DNA of 64,000 nt. Source: Octopus bimaculoides (lineage: Eukaryota). Location: contig NC_068991.1 of assembly GCF_001194135.2 (NCBI RefSeq), positions 53,908,010-53,972,009 on the forward strand, written 5' to 3'. Numbering within the stretch: the stretch's first letter is position 1; each line of letters opens with the position of its first letter. A program made the translations under genes and the position numbers. Under the pieces are notes generated by a model, which worked only from the letters and a program-made list of their open reading frames with translations, was not told where the DNA came from and ran no database searches. Shown piece after piece: positions 63,001-64,000 of this stretch.

Positions 63001-64000
63001 ATTTGAACTCAGAATATAAAGACAGACATTCATAATACAAAAACATTTCTCATGGCACCAGTACACTATTTACAGATACTTACATTTTTTATTTTCCATG
63101 AATTTTTCACAGGTCCAGCTAGTATATATATATATATATNNNNNNNNNNNNNNNNNNNNNNNNNNNNNNNNNNNNNNNNNNNNNNNNNNNNNNNNNNNNN
63201 NNNNNNNNNNNNNNNNNNNNNNNNNNNNNNNNNNNNNNNNNNNNNNNNNNNNNNNNNNNNNNNNNNNNNNNNNNNNNNNNNNNNNNNNNNNNNNNNNNNN
63301 NNNNNNNNNNNNNNNNNNNNNNNNNNNNNNNNNNNNNNNNNNNNNNNNNNNNNNNNNNNNNNNNNNNNNNNNNNNNNNNNNNNNNNNNNNNNNNNNNNNN
63401 NNNNNNNNNNNNNNNNNNNNNNNNNNNNNNNNNNNNNNNNNNNNNNNNNNNNNNNNNNNNNNNNNNNNNNNNNNNNNNNNNNNNNNNNNNNNNNNNNNNN
63501 NNNNNNNNNNNNNNNNNNNNNNNNNNNNNNNNNNNNNNNNNNNNNNNNNNNNNNNNNNNNNNNNNNNNNNNNNNNNNNNNNNNNNNNNNNNNNNNNNNNN
63601 NNNNNNNNNNNNNNNNNNNNNNNNNNNNNNNNNNNNNNNNNNNNNNNNNNNNNNNNNNNNNNNNNNNNNNNNNNNNNNNNNNNNNNNNNNNNNNNNNNNN
63701 NNNNNNTATATGTATATATATGTATGTATGTATATATATGTATGTATGTATATATAGTTGTAAACAAGTGTCACTATTATGCAAGTGGTATCATTTGTTA
63801 CCCTGTATTTCATGAAAATAAGTCAGGTTGTGGGGATATATTACTGTGCTTGCAAACAGGTGGAGATTGTCAGCAGGAAGGGCATTGAGCTCTTGAAAAT
63901 CTGCCTCAATAAAATTCCATCTGATTCAAGCAAGCATGGAAAAGTGGAGGTTAAAATGATGATGATGATGATGGGTAAGCTGTTTGATGTGTAGGGGTGA

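Noticed and set aside
60077-64000. Search for the next NCKX exon (alpha-2, G.T.LAAGTS.PD)
   Set aside because: No such motif in any frame of the sequenced part. It lies beyond the window or, less likely, in the gaps at 60151-60273 or 63140-63706.

Overview
AT-rich, microsatellite- and SINE-dense animal genomic DNA with about 15 N-gaps, most abutting simple repeats (typical of a short-read draft assembly). The repeat landscape looks like an octopus (coleoid cephalopod) genome; this is recognition, not a database result. The one host gene I can support is a + strand K+-dependent Na+/Ca2+ exchanger (SLC24/NCKX, NCKX3/4/5-type). Twelve coding exons lie between 15956 and 60076. Exons 2-12 splice in one open frame with canonical AG/GT sites and matching phases; the first runs into an assembly gap. 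The N-terminal exon(s) were not identified, and the alpha-2/C-terminal exons are not in the window. The rest is intron or intergenic DNA filled with decayed elements: several tRNA-derived SINE families, RTE-type LINE fragments of at least four lineages, three REL-endonuclease retrotransposon remnants, two mariners, piggyBac-type MITEs, and piggyBac, pogo, hAT and Helitron relics. The most notable observations are: (i) two decayed copies of the acceptor and 5' end of the exon at 43615, separated by a fold-back mariner derivative; (ii) several long intronic inverted repeats that could form dsRNA in the pre-mRNA; (iii) an RTE fragment resembling decapod crustacean elements; (iv) a tandem R4/Dong-like insertion in a (TAA)n tract about 23 nt from a splice acceptor. 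I found no clear evidence of a wholly new biological system. Most ORFs in the supplied track are microsatellite or N-gap artefacts.
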